64,000 nt of DNA from Lama guanicoe. Its lineage: Eukaryota. The position numbers and the translations under genes were made by a program. The notes beneath the pieces are model-generated. The model was not told where the DNA came from. It ran no database searches and saw only the letters and a program-made list of their open reading frames with translations. This document shows, piece after piece, positions 28,144 to 40,549 of this stretch. Every line of letters starts with the position of its first letter. Position 1 is the first letter of the stretch. The stretch covers positions 2,553,518 to 2,617,517 of the forward strand of contig MU053810.1 of the NCBI GenBank assembly GCA_013239625.1. Direction: 5' to 3'.

Positions 28144-29239
28144 GCTTAACTGAACAAAGAAAGTCACTTTAGATTGTATTTGCTTTTTGTTCAGGAAAAA
28201 TCCAAGGGGCCTTTATTGAATATATAAATATATAATGAATAAGCACCTGCTACTCTGGGAGAAAAGGTAAGGGGAACTTTTATGGCCTAAAAAAGGCTGT
28301 CCCTCAAAGCTTGGTATACAGAGGTGGTCACTGTTTGTGAATTTGCAGGGGTCCAAGGTATACCCAGGGAGGAGAGTGATCCAATCCTGACCCCTTCCCT
28401 GGAAGAGTCAATGTCCTTGCAACCACTCTGAAGGCTTGAGAACTGGTGGGAACAAAGATCATCAAAGGCTTCAGAGGGAAGATCACCATGATGGAGAATT
28501 CTACACAGGTGACCCTGGCCCCATAGCAGGGCCTGGAAAGCCACAAGGAGAAAGAGCACCCATAGAGTGTGAACCTGAGGATGGATCCAGCTACCTCGTC
28601 CCCATGGTTCAGCCTTGGGAGTAATGACTGGAAATAAATGCGAACCAGAAGAGCTGTTCACTGGGAGCCCATATGTGGGCCTCTGCAAAGATGTGGACAA
28701 GAAGGAGAACCCTTCCAGCAATGGGGGCTAGACCTGGGCAGAACCACTCTTGTGCAGTGAAATCACAGAGCCATGACCGAAGGAGCAGCACCCTTAACCC
28801 AGAGCCAACTGATGAACTGATACAATTCTCCAGCTCTTTCTCTGCCTGATGTCTGAAAGCAGAACTTATCCCTATGGACTAAATAAGCCCCTGCTGTCCT
28901 TGGTTGATTGGGAAGAGAGGACAACTTTGAAAGAGAGACTCTGGACATCATGCAAATGTAAGGCTTCAATAGACTATTAGAAATGATTGAAAATATGTCT
29001 AGTTAATATAAAATAGTAAGATATTAGTTTTCTTTATATATAAAAATGTTAGTGTGGCAAGCTGGCAAACTAGTTACAATTGTGCTGGTCCTGTGCTAGG
29101 CAGCCATGAACAAGATACAGCCCCTTACAGCCACCAGAAAGAAACAAGAAAAGAGGCATTCAGGTTATCTATAGAGAAGTTCCATATTAGGAATAAGTAC
29201 AGAATACTATGGGAACAGATAGAGGAGTATTCAACCAAG

Positions 29240-30950
29240 CCTCAAAGGGGATGTAGGAACAGATTCACAAACTGCGTTAATCAGGACATTTATTGCCAGC
29301 TGATAAAACAAACCACCTCTACATGTCAGTGATTTAACACAATAAATACTTATGTTTTGTTCAGCTCAGGCAGATTTCTTGGTGTTCTCCTCCAAAGGTG
29401 TCTCAGGGACCCGGGCAGCTTCCACGTTGTGATCACACCAACTTCAAGGCCACCCCAGCATCATCCAGTTGGCATATAGGGCACAGGTCAGGGTGTGGGG
29501 ATGGAGGTGTGGGGGGAAAGACACATCAGATTCTCAGCCACCTGGGCCTTGAAGTAGCACACATAGCTTTCATTTACATTCCATTAGCCGGGACTAGCCA
29601 CCTGGCTCCACCTAGATGTAAAAGAGATGGGTCATGTCCGTTTCCTAGGCTCCAGGAAGAAAATGAAATGACTTGGTGACCACATAGCATTGTCTCTGTC
29701 ACACATTAGAAGTGATTTCTAAGGTAAAGGATGAGGGATGTGACCGGAGAAGGTGAGAAGGGAGAGGCAGAACATTTCAGATAGGGGGCCCTGCACATTA
29801 AAAACCCCAGAAGTGAAAGGTCTTGGTGTGAAATGGCTAGAATGAAAAATGTCAGGGGGAGTTGTGATAAGCCACAAAGCTGAACAGGTAAGAGGGCCTG
29901 ATCGAAATGAATCTGTGCACTGTGTAAATTAAAGTGGACTTTTATCCTGAGAGTGATAGAAAGCCTTTGAGGTGTTTGAAACAAGGCAGTGACATGATCA
30001 TATGTGTGCTTCTGAAAGCTCATTCTGGCTGCAGCATAGGGAACTAATTGGGAGAAGGTTAGATCAAAAGCAAGAAAGTCAGTTAGGACGCTCTTGCTGT
30101 ATTCTGGAAGAGAAACTCTGATGTAGGGTTGTTGCAATGGGTATGAGGAAGAGCAGATGGATTTGAGACAGACTTGGAGTAGGAACTGAGCATATTTGAA
30201 GATTGTTTGAATAAGGAGTGCTGAGATGAGGCGTGAGAAAGAGGGCAGGGATGGTGCCTTTCACTGAGACAGACAATTAAAAAAAAAAGAGCTATTTTAG
30301 GGGGAAATATGATATGCGTGTGGAACAGCCAAGGGAAGCCAGAAGGTATTTGAAAAGCTGGGCCTAGAGACAGATCTTAACTGGAGATGAGAGATGTGAT
30401 AGTGCTCATTATAGAGATGGTGCTTGAAGCTATAACTGCAGCTTATCCAGGGAGAGTGTGAAGAGCCAGAAGAGAAGCACTGATGTGCTGTTAAGTGTTT
30501 AACAATCAGCTCTCCAGCAAAAGAAGTCCTGGTTTGTAGCATTTGCTGATGTCTGTGGTGTAAATACTCCCACTGCAGTCAATTTCAAACTACTAACTTG
30601 TCATCACCGAAAATGGACTTGCAGAGAAGTGCACCCAGTTGGTTCTGGAGATTTCCTGCAAGCCGGCTGCAGCACACCACTGAATAGAAAAGAACCTGGC
30701 TACAGCCCTAACATGAATATTTAAGGGATGGGCAGAACAAAAGAAATCTCAAAAGAAGAAACCATAGTAGGGTCCACAGAAAGAAAGAATGTGAAGGAGG
30801 AAATGGTCAACACTCACACCCCCCCCAATCAAATACGATAAATACTAAAATGTGTCCATTGGATTTAGCATCAAGGAGGTCATTAGTATCTTTAGTAAGA
30901 TCAGTTTGGATGGAGGCAGGTGACAGGGGGCCTGGAGGTTAATGTGAAAT
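29240..30950. mobile_element. Old repeat mosaic: MLT1-like LTR (~29240-29705), L2 (~29710-30950), MER63-like hAT element (30478-30682)
   Basis: L2 motifs (ggacttttatcctgag, gcagtgacatgatc, gtgtccattggatttagca). The inner element has TIR-like ends cactgatgtgctg / cagcacaccactg. Confidence 0.6.
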
Positions 30951-31789
30951 CAAGTTTTGGAAACCACAGCCGTAGATAATTCTTGGACACCAAGAATAGT
31001 CAGGCTGTATTCTATTTTCCCGCAGAAAAGAGAGTTGAACCCATCATTCAAAACCAAAATGGCACTATCCCTCACTCCCTTCCAGTCCACTCCCCACCAA
31101 CACAGAAATGCCTAGATTTTTGTACTTCTATGCCTCTCACAATGGGCCTCAAGTAAAATGCTACCATTTCCCCAGGAGGCATGGGAAAAAGTATAGGGTA
31201 TGTGCAGGATTGTGCTATTGTCAACTCGGTTAACTGTGATTCCGACAATCCCCTTTCCTCTGTGTTCCAAGTTAGACCTGGCCAGAAGACAAACTTGAGT
31301 GAAATTGGAGGCAGAAGTGAATCAGCAGTCATTCTCTTCAGGAGGTCATTAATCAGAAACAGTGAAGGACAGACTCAGAGGTGTTAAGCAGTCCCCAGCT
31401 GGGCATTATTCTCCTTCACTCTATATCCAGGTCATCTTCCCAACAGCTGGCCCTAAGACCAACTGAAACCCCAGGTAAACCACCAGATGTGTGGATGCAG
31501 ACCCACAGAGGAAAGAGCCTCCCCAAGACCAGCCCATGAGCTCCCTCTTTGTGGTTCCACTTCAGGGCTTGGACAGTACTTGACCTCTCAAATTTTTCTG
31601 CAGCTCCAGCTTGTCTACCCACTCCATTGCTACAGTCAGGCTGGATAATGACTCTTCTTTTGATCCTTCAAGTTCCCTCTCAGACTTCCACTTCTTTAGT
31701 TTCTCTTACATTTGTCTAATGTCTCTAATTCCTAATCCCTCCTCCCCACAAAGCTCTTGATAGCTCTGCTTCTCTGATTGAATTCTCAT

Positions 31790-34200
31790 TGACACAATTA
31801 TTGGTGCTGGGAGTGAAGTGCAACCAGAACAAAACTTGCAGGATGTAGCTTTGGTTTGGAGATGGGGCAATGGGCAGATGCCAGAAGAGCATCAAGGAAA
31901 CTGTTAGCAAAGGCTGGAAAAAGTAAGGGAAAGGATCATCAGTAGAGATTGGAAAAGTGGTGAAAAACTGCTTTTGCACATTGGAAGGGTGATTTGTGTA
32001 ACATACCAGTAAAACAATTGGCAACGCTGTCACTTTTGGTTCCTTAGAAGATAGAAAATGTACCTAAATGAACTTTTGGGTCTAGCTGCAGTGATTGCCA
32101 AACAGAAGGTTTGTAAGTATCAGTTGGTTACTCCTAGCGGCAGTAACAAAGTTCCACAAGCAGGGGAGGGGGCAGAAGGCAAAAGAAGGAACTCTGGTTT
32201 GCAAGTAGAATCTAGAAGTAAAAAATCCAGGACTTGGAAAACAATCTGTGTCACATCTCCAACTGATTCAGGCAGCAAAAGTTTCTCTGAGTAAGAAGCA
32301 GCCTCAGGGTAAAGATTAAATTAAAGATTAGGGGTAAAGATTAAAGATTTGGCTATAAGACTCTTTGCTAAAACTTCAGCAACATTAAAGGTGGTGCCTA
32401 ACAGACACTCTCAGTTAGACAAAAGGGCATCTAGGAATCTTAAGAACATGGTCCCAGAGAAGCTTAATCCCAAAAGAGCTATGAAAAAGTCTAAAGGGTG
32501 GGCCTGTCTCAAAAAAAATTATGGGTACAATTTTATCTATTGGAGTAGACTATAAATCTGATGCATAGAAAGCCCACAAAGTTTTTTAAGGGACTTGTAT
32601 CTGCTTAGACCAAAAGGCAATGAGATTATCCAAACTGCAAGTAGACCCCTTGGCCACTAAGTTTCTGTAGGCAGGAAGCAGGATGAGAAAACTAATCAAT
32701 TACAAACATAGGCCATTTTTTTATGGAAAATAAGATATCTCAGAAAGTAAAGTCAAGATCCCCAAGGGTGGAACTAAGAGCCTCGAAGAGCAGTGGACTA
32801 AGAAGCCACTCCACAGAGCGGAACTAATCACGGAACATTCCCTGTCCCCACAGTAGAGGAATCTGGCTACCCTTGCCCAGCTGGATTTCAGAATTGCCAT
32901 GAACCAATGATTGCTAGGTACACAGCTGGATAAATGTAACATGGTATGTACATCAATCTTGCAATATTATTCAGCCTTAAAAAGGAAGAAACTTCTAACA
33001 CATGGTTCAACATGGATGAAATTTGAAGACATTAAGCTAAGTGAAATAAGCTAGTCAGGACACATACTCTATGATTCCATACACAGGAGGTACATATAAT
33101 AGTCAAATATAGTCAGAAAGCAGAATGGTCGTTGTCAGGGGCTGTGGGGACGGGAGAAATAGGGAGTTGCTGTTTAATATGTACAGAGTTTTAGTTTTGC
33201 AGGATGAAAAAAGTTCTGGAGATGGGTGGTAGTGACAGTTGTACAACAATGTGAATGAATGTACCTAATACCACTGAACTGGTACACTTAGAAATGGTTA
33301 AATGGGAATAAGAAAGGAGGAGGGGCAAGATAGGGCCAGGGGATTAAGAAGTACTACTATGTATAAAATAAATAAGATACAAGGATCTAATGTATAGCAC
33401 AAGGAATATAGCCAATATTTTATAATAACTGTAAGTGGAGTACAACCTTTAAAAATTGTGAAAAACTATGTTGTACACCTGAAACTTATATAATGCTATA
33501 AATCAACTACACCTCAATTTTAAAAATGGTTAAATGGTAAATTTTATGTAATGTATATTTCATCACAGTTTAAAAAAAAAAAAGAATAGCCACATACCCA
33601 AAGAACCTTAGTCACACACATATCTGATGACGATCACAGGTCACTACTTCAAGTCTGAGGCAACAACAATTGGTATGAGTCTTGAGGGTCTTGGGACATG
33701 GATAAGCATATTTCACATATGGGAGGAACGTGAATAATTTGTAGCCAGAGTATGGACTTTGATAAACTGTGAACAAAAATGGCCACAGATTTTTCTCATC
33801 GTGTATGAGTGTTTCTTTGCTAGGTGACTTTGCAGCTCCCTGCCCAGCGAGAGTCAACCTGTCTACTCTTTGAATCTGAAATCGACTGGCTTTGGCCAGC
33901 AGCATCGGTGGTGCAAGCAGAGACTTGAAAAATGTTTATATCGGGGGGCTTGCCTTCTCGCTGCTGGGAACACAGCAAGCACCCCGTAAAGAAGCCCAGG
34001 TTCGCCTCCTAGATGAGAGACCCAGACATCCCAGCTCCAACATGGGAAGGAAGCCATTCTAGACCATTCGCCCTCTGTCAATTTGGCTCAGGGTAGAAGA
34101 CCCACACCCCAACCCAGTGTATCATGAGAAATAATATTTTTGTGGGTGTTTTGAGCCACTAAGCTTTCGCTGATTTGTTACTGAGAAAAGCTAGCAGATA
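31790..34200 (+). mobile_element. MaLR internal sequence and MLT1 LTR, interrupted by an old L1M 3' fragment (~32930-33585)
   Basis: L1 3' motifs (tattattcagccttaaaaaggaag, catggatgaa..tgaagacatta.gctaagtgaaataagc, aaagttctggagatgggtggt). MLT1 end tgttttgagccactaag...ttgttac. Confidence 0.6.
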
Positions 34201-34404
34201 AAGGATGGTTTGGGGTTGTCAAAATGGCTGGGGATAATTCTATTAGCATTTAGTTGGTAGGGGCCAGGGCTGCTCAATGTCTAGCAATGCATACCTGTAG
34301 TCCTGCACAATGAAGGATTATCCCACCCAACTGCCAGCAGTGTCCCCACTGAAGAACACCGCAACCACATTTGAGCTTGCCACCCTAGCTGGAAGAGAGA
34401 AGAG

Positions 34405-34880
34405 TTAAAGGAAGTTAATATTTATTTAGTGGCTTATCTGTACCAGATATTTTATGTGCATTACTTCATTGATTCTACACAACCCTCTGATTCACCCCAC
34501 TTAACAGATGAGAAAACTGAGACTCAGAGAGGTAACTTGGTTGTCTAATGTCACATAGCTAATGAGTAGCAGCACCAGGATTTGAACCCAAGTTGGTCAG
34601 ATGTCATCTCAGAGAGGCCTTCCCTGACCACCTATTCCAAAGTGCCCTCCCCACCCACTGCCATCACTCTTCATTAGGTTACTTGTTTTTTACGTAGCAC
34701 CTATCTCTATTTGAAATCAGTGTCGGTTTGCTTGTCATAAACCCCCCACCAGAATGTAAATCCCGTAGAAGCAGAGGTTTTGTGGGATTTATTCACCACT
34801 ATACCTCTGATGCCTAGAGCAGTGCTGGGCACATAAAAAGCACTCAGCAAGTTATTGTGGAATGAATGAAGTGAATGAAT
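34405..34880. mobile_element. MIR followed by an L2 3' end
   Basis: acagatgagaaaactgagactcagagagg...ggatttgaacccaag (MIR core); gcctagagcagtgctgggcacata...gaatgaatgaa (L2 end). Confidence 0.75.
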
Positions 34881-35439
34881 GGCTTTCCTTTAAATCCTTA
34901 TGCAGGCTGGTGTCTCTCAGCTTCTGTTCCTGATGGACACACCCACTCCTCTCCACCCACTGTGATTAATGTGACCCTGCTTGAGATCTCTGACATGAGA
35001 AAAGGAACTTCAGAAATCCTCTAATCCAATCCCTTAATTTTCCAACTAAGAAAAATAAGGTTCATTGACATTTCCCCAGGGATATCCCTTCTATAATCCA
35101 CATGTTGGTCTCAACACTCCTGTCACTTTCCTGAGCCTGTTTATTCATCTTTAAAATGTGGATAATAACCACCCTGCCTGCTTCACTCAGTTGCTGTGCA
35201 GATGATATAAAAATAATATGACTTCTTTAAGTCTCATCAGCCTCAGGGATGAAAATTAATTATCACGATAACAATCACAGATAGTAACCACGGGCCTGTG
35301 GTGGCTATACATACACACATACTCAGGCTCTTAAAAATACTGAGAGCTCTTTAATTTGCTCACGATTTAGACCCTTGCTATATCAACAAATTCCCTCTCA
35401 ACTTTATATGATTGTAATAATTGCAGCTAACAAGTATGA

Positions 35440-35575
35440 TGGGGGGAGGGTATAACTCAGTGGCAGAGCACATGCTTAGCATGCATGAGGTCCTGGGTTC
35501 AATCCCCAGTACCTTCTCTAATAAATAAATAAAAATAGACCTAATTACCCAAAAAAATTTGAGAAAAAAAAAAAG
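35440..35575 (+). mobile_element. tRNA-derived SINE inserted at the edge of an MLT1 LTR
   Basis: A and B boxes; TSD ACAAGTATGAT. Confidence 0.88.
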
Positions 35576-36055
35576 ACAAGTATGATTACCTATTGCTGTG
35601 TAACCAAACACCTCAAAGCTTACTGGCTTAAAACAACACGTTTTATTATTTTTCATGATTCTGTTGGCTGTGTTACTTCTGCTGATTTTACCTGGGTTCA
35701 TTCATGTAGTGACATTCAGCTGGTGGGTGTGCTGGGGGCTGGGCTCAGCGGGAGCAGCTGATACAGTGGGGCCCCTCTCTCTCCTCACAATCTTTGATCC
35801 GGGCCTTCTTTGTAACATAGCGTTCCAAGAGGACAAAGGTAGAAGTTGCAGAGTTTTCCAAGGCCTGAATTCCAAAACTTGTACAGCATTACCTCCACCT
35901 TGTCCAATTAGTAAAAGTAAGTCACAAGGCTAGCCCACATTCCTGGGGGGTGAAGGATAGATTCCACTACTGGATGGGAGCAGCAAAATCACACCGCAAA
36001 GGGCTGTGCATTCTGGAATGGGACAAACTCACGGCCATTAAAACAATTTTCGTGA
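35576..36055. mobile_element. MLT1-type LTR
   Basis: tattgctgtgtaaccaaacacctcaaagcttactggcttaaaacaacac...aagtaagtcacaaggctagccc. Confidence 0.7.
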
Positions 36056-36338
36056 TTCCACATTGTCTCATTTTCATAGCTCAAAGGTAAGTGTTGTTAG
36101 TGATGTGCCTCTGACTTCTAAAGCACGAACAGAAGCAACGTTCCATGAAAGCTATTCTCAAATAGCTCTGTTATAGTATTTTTTAAGTTAATTCTCAAAT
36201 AGCTTTTTTTTCTAATAGGATTGTTATAAAAATTCACAAATGTTTATCCTCCCCCTACCCATACACACACAAGGAGCAGCTGTCCCTCACCACGGCCATT
36301 TACTTCCTAGTTCCTTTTAGTGTGAAAACTTTCTTTCT

Positions 36339-36490
36339 GAGGGGGAGGGTATAGCTCAAGTAGTAGAGTGTATGCTTAGCATATACAAGGTCCTGGGTTC
36401 AATCCCCAGTACCTCCTCTAAAAATAAATATGCAATTAAACCTAATTACCTCCCCCCCAAAAAATTTTTAAAAATTAAATTAAAAAAATA
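36339..36490 (+). mobile_element. tRNA-derived SINE (Vic-1-like)
   Basis: gggggagggtatagctcaagtagtagagtgtatgcttagc...ggttcaatcccc; TSD aaaactttct. Confidence 0.88.
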
Positions 36491-38381
36491 AAACTTTCTG
36501 CTTTCCAGCTAGCCGTGGCATTACTTTCATCAGTGTTGCAGCTTGGCGGTTACCTAAGTTTTCTACTTCTTTTGGCCAATTGCCGCGTAGCATATTAAGT
36601 CCCCTGAGACAAGCTGTCAAAAGCAACACTCCTGGAACTGCCTGTCACATTTTTTCCCACACTTGGGAAGAGCAAGGCTCCCCCATGGGCAAAGCAATCT
36701 CCTCTGAATCGAGAAGGGGGAGAAAAACCAGGAAGAGCAGACTGACATACAGCTTCTGGTAAAGCCTTCAGAACTGCTTTTTAATAGCTGGGTGAGCATT
36801 AACTTTCAATGGGAACTTTTTAGTTGCTCAATGACTTTTGGAGCCAACAGGAATTTTGTAAGAACTCAAAAAAAAAAAACACCTAAATTTATCTGGAGGA
36901 ATATTCCACATTTTTTTTTCTTTAATTGGCAAAAGAAATGCAAACTACTCCCTTCATCTGCTTTTAACAATTTGTTAAAAAACTTGGGCAGGATCAGTTC
37001 AAGTCCCAAATTAAATAAGTTGTTGAAGATAGCATTTGTTTTTACATATCTTGAAAATCAGCCATTCAAGCCAAAAGGAGGTAAAAATCTGGTGGCGATG
37101 AGTCCAGAATAGGAAAACAGTTAACTAAAGTAAGTAAGCTCTCTGAGTTATCCAAAAATACTTCTAAATTTGAATTCATATACACATCAAAACATGACCC
37201 CTGAGAGTTTATAACTATGGTGTTTGGCATTAAAACTTAGCTAATAACATTTTTTCACAAGTAAATTAAATATATAGAAGGAGAAATTGATGTCAAAATA
37301 ATAAGTTGATAGATTTTCTGCTCAAAAGGAAAAGTAACAGAAAACAGATTTCTATAATAAATTAAGGATAATTTAAATTTATTTTAATTTTTCTATTGAG
37401 TCTAATATTCTATTTCTCATCAGTAATTTTTACATTTTTATAATGTGCAATTAATTATTTAATGAAAGCTATCAAATATTTTCATATAAAGAACATGCAA
37501 AAGTTCCAATCAATTTTATTTAAGAATGATCATTATGTTTATATACATAAATCCACTATATATTATGAAATCTATTTGAAATCCTCCTATAATTAATAAA
37601 TTATGAACTTTTAGATAACATGCACATTCTTCTCATTCCTCTTAACATGTTGGTTATAATTGCTTGTTTAAGGTACAGTTGATTTTCCTTTTAGTAGCTA
37701 TTGTTTAGATTCTTATTTATATAGTTGGACCCTAACTTTTAAGGTTTTGGCTGTATCTGTCTGATACATCACTTCTTGCGAGGGTTTCCCCAAAGCACTG
37801 TAAATCTGCCATGAGAAGGAAGTATGGGCAAGCGAGTAAGAAGAATGTCCAGGAATGAATCCGTGCTAAAGACTGCACACAGCTGAATAGTTTGCATTTT
37901 AAGTTATTATGTTATCTATCTCCAAAGGGTAGGGCATTAAGTTTCCATACGCCTTGATGACATTAATCAGATTTGTTCCAGATTTATGAGAACTGTAAAA
38001 TTACAAAACTTTCATTAAAAAAAAAAATTAAAACCCCCTGGATGGCTTCCCAAAGCACATCCAGCATTACTCAGACTTTATTATTTCAGCTAGTTGGATA
38101 CATCATATCCACAGCTCTAGCCAGTTCTGTAAGAGTTCTGTGACTGACGCCTAATGGAACCAATTTTCACTCTGGCAGAACAAGTTCTAATACTAACTTG
38201 AATCCTAGTTTCCTTTGAATGCCAGGAATCAGATCCTTTAAGAAGAAAATGTATCAGAGCATCTGCCTATTAGGCGACATTCCATTTATTTCATCTAAAT
38301 AGCTAGCAGGAACAATTGACTAAAATCGAACCTAAAATAGAAAACAAATAGTTTTTTAAACACTGCATTAGCTTTATTCTT

Positions 38382-38521
38382 TTTTGTTGTTTTTTTTTTT
38401 CCTTAGGGGATGTTGGGGGTAATTAGGTTTTATTTTTTTTAGTGGAAGCACTAGAGATTGAACCCAGGACCTTGTGCATGCTAGGCACATTCTCTAGCCC
38501 TGAGCTATACCCTGCCCCCTC
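38382..38521 (-). mobile_element. tRNA-derived SINE; last obvious young repeat before the transposon-poor domain
   Basis: gattgaacccaggaccttgtgcatgctaggc...tgagctataccctgccccc; TSD ctttattc. Confidence 0.86.
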
Positions 38522-40549
38522 ACTTTATTCACTTTTTTAGGCTTCCTTCCCTCTTTTCCTTCGTGGCCTCAATTTTCTACAAACTTCCCCTATTTCCACT
38601 GAGGACCACAGAACTTATCAAAATAGGAACAAGTATTTCAGTGCACTCACTTACCTACACTAACAACTGTATTACAGTCACAGTCCATTGACTGTCACCC
38701 ACCCACATTTTTATTGTGCTACATCTGATGAACATTGATGCATTTGGGTGTCTTCCTCTGCCTTGGGAGGAAAAAAATAATAATTGAGATAGAATTCTTA
38801 AAGTTAGCATGTTTTGTCAATAGCTTCATTGTTCCTTGTGTCCATCCATCACATCTTGCCTGCTATTGAAATCTTTCCTTACTTTCCAACATTATTAAGG
38901 TCAGTCATTATTAAAGCTGTCTCAAAAAGAGATAGATACTTCTGCAACTTCTATGATACTGTCAACTAGGAGTCATATATTCAATATTTCAAATTTTATT
39001 GTATTTCCAAGCTTGTGAAACAAATATAATATTCTTACATATGTCCTCACTTGGAATTTCACATAGACAATGATGTGATAGGAAAGATGATGCTTATCTA
39101 ATGATTTTAGCATTGCCCCTAGATAACTATGCTCCTCTGAGAAAAGCAGCAGTCATTTTCTTATCAGAACACATTAAAGTGCATGTTCTGGAGTCCTACA
39201 TGTCTTACATTTGAGAGAGAAAAAACAACTTAAGAGCTATTTTTGTATTCATCTAGTTTCATTAAAATATACTTTGGGCACTTTTTTTTTAATAACAATC
39301 ATATTATTCTACAAGAGCACTTAAGGGATAATTGCATTGTTTTAGTTTTAGTTTTCACAAAAATCAGATTTAATTAAAGCTTTATGGAAAGGCCAAAAAC
39401 GCAAATTATTCCACAGTTCCTAATTTTTCCAACCCCTCCTTCAGTAGGAATTACTTAAGTAATTTGAACCAGATAGTATAAGTTGTTGGAGTTAAAGCTC
39501 AGTGAGTACACCTCTCAACAGAAAGCATGTTTTAGTCATTTTCAATTAATATGAAGTAGTTTTGCCAAAATGTAACGGCAAATGGGAAGCCGTCATTCTG
39601 AATATTTGGAAACTAAAGTTCATTTTTTAAATTATTTGTTGATATTTTTATTATTATTTGATATAAAAATACTGTTTAAACCATTTGTTAATGTTAGTTT
39701 CCATTTAATCACAAAGAAATAAATTCAAAGCAAAGGTAATTGTTTTTTTGGTTTACTGAAGATCCCTGATGAACTGCACAAACCAGCGAGAACAAAAGTA
39801 GGTCCCTAACATGTTCCAAATTTCAATGGAAGCTTAAGACGCGGGCATGGATTTATAGATGATACATTACAGGCTGATTAGGGAAAAGTCATAATACATA
39901 TAATCTCTGTGTGTGTTCATGTGTGGCAAAGAAAGCAAGAAAGAGTAAGGAAAAGAGCCACAGTGATACAATGAGCGTTATCTCTCTTAGATTTATTAAT
40001 GGGGAGGGGAGAGAAAACTCAGGACTCCTCTCTGGTAGCAATACAATACTAGCAAAAAATCAGCTATCATATATAATTTACTATAGAATTGCTTGTCTTA
40101 GAAATAGACTAGAGGGAATACAAACTGTTGCCTGTGCATTTATGTACAGATATATTCACACATTTTCTTTTCTGAAATTTTTATCTCAAATCTGCTTCAA
40201 ATCAAAATAAGTCGAGCGTCACACAGGGGCTGGGTGAGAAAGAAACTTCCAAAAACTTTGCTCAATCCAATAAATGATTTAAAAGTGAACTAGCAGTGTT
40301 TCTCAATTACCTAACCAGGCTCCTGGAAGGACTGCCTCTCTGTGTTGATTTTGAAAGAAAGTGCTGAGGCTTTTAAAGAACAAAGAAGGAAAGCCTTCTG
40401 CGTCCTTCCTTCCCTCCCTCCCTCTCCACGGTTTGATCACTCTTTTCCCCAGCTGTTGTTTTTTAATAAGATCTGTCTCCTTTCTTTTGCCTTCCTTCCC
40501 TCCTTTTACCTCTATGACCACAACTTTTGACTAAAAAGGATTTTCCACG

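Noticed and set aside
28320..28980. GC-elevated segment with several 60-144 aa ORFs
   Set aside because: No recognisable protein; probably an old LTR remnant, but I cannot support an assignment.
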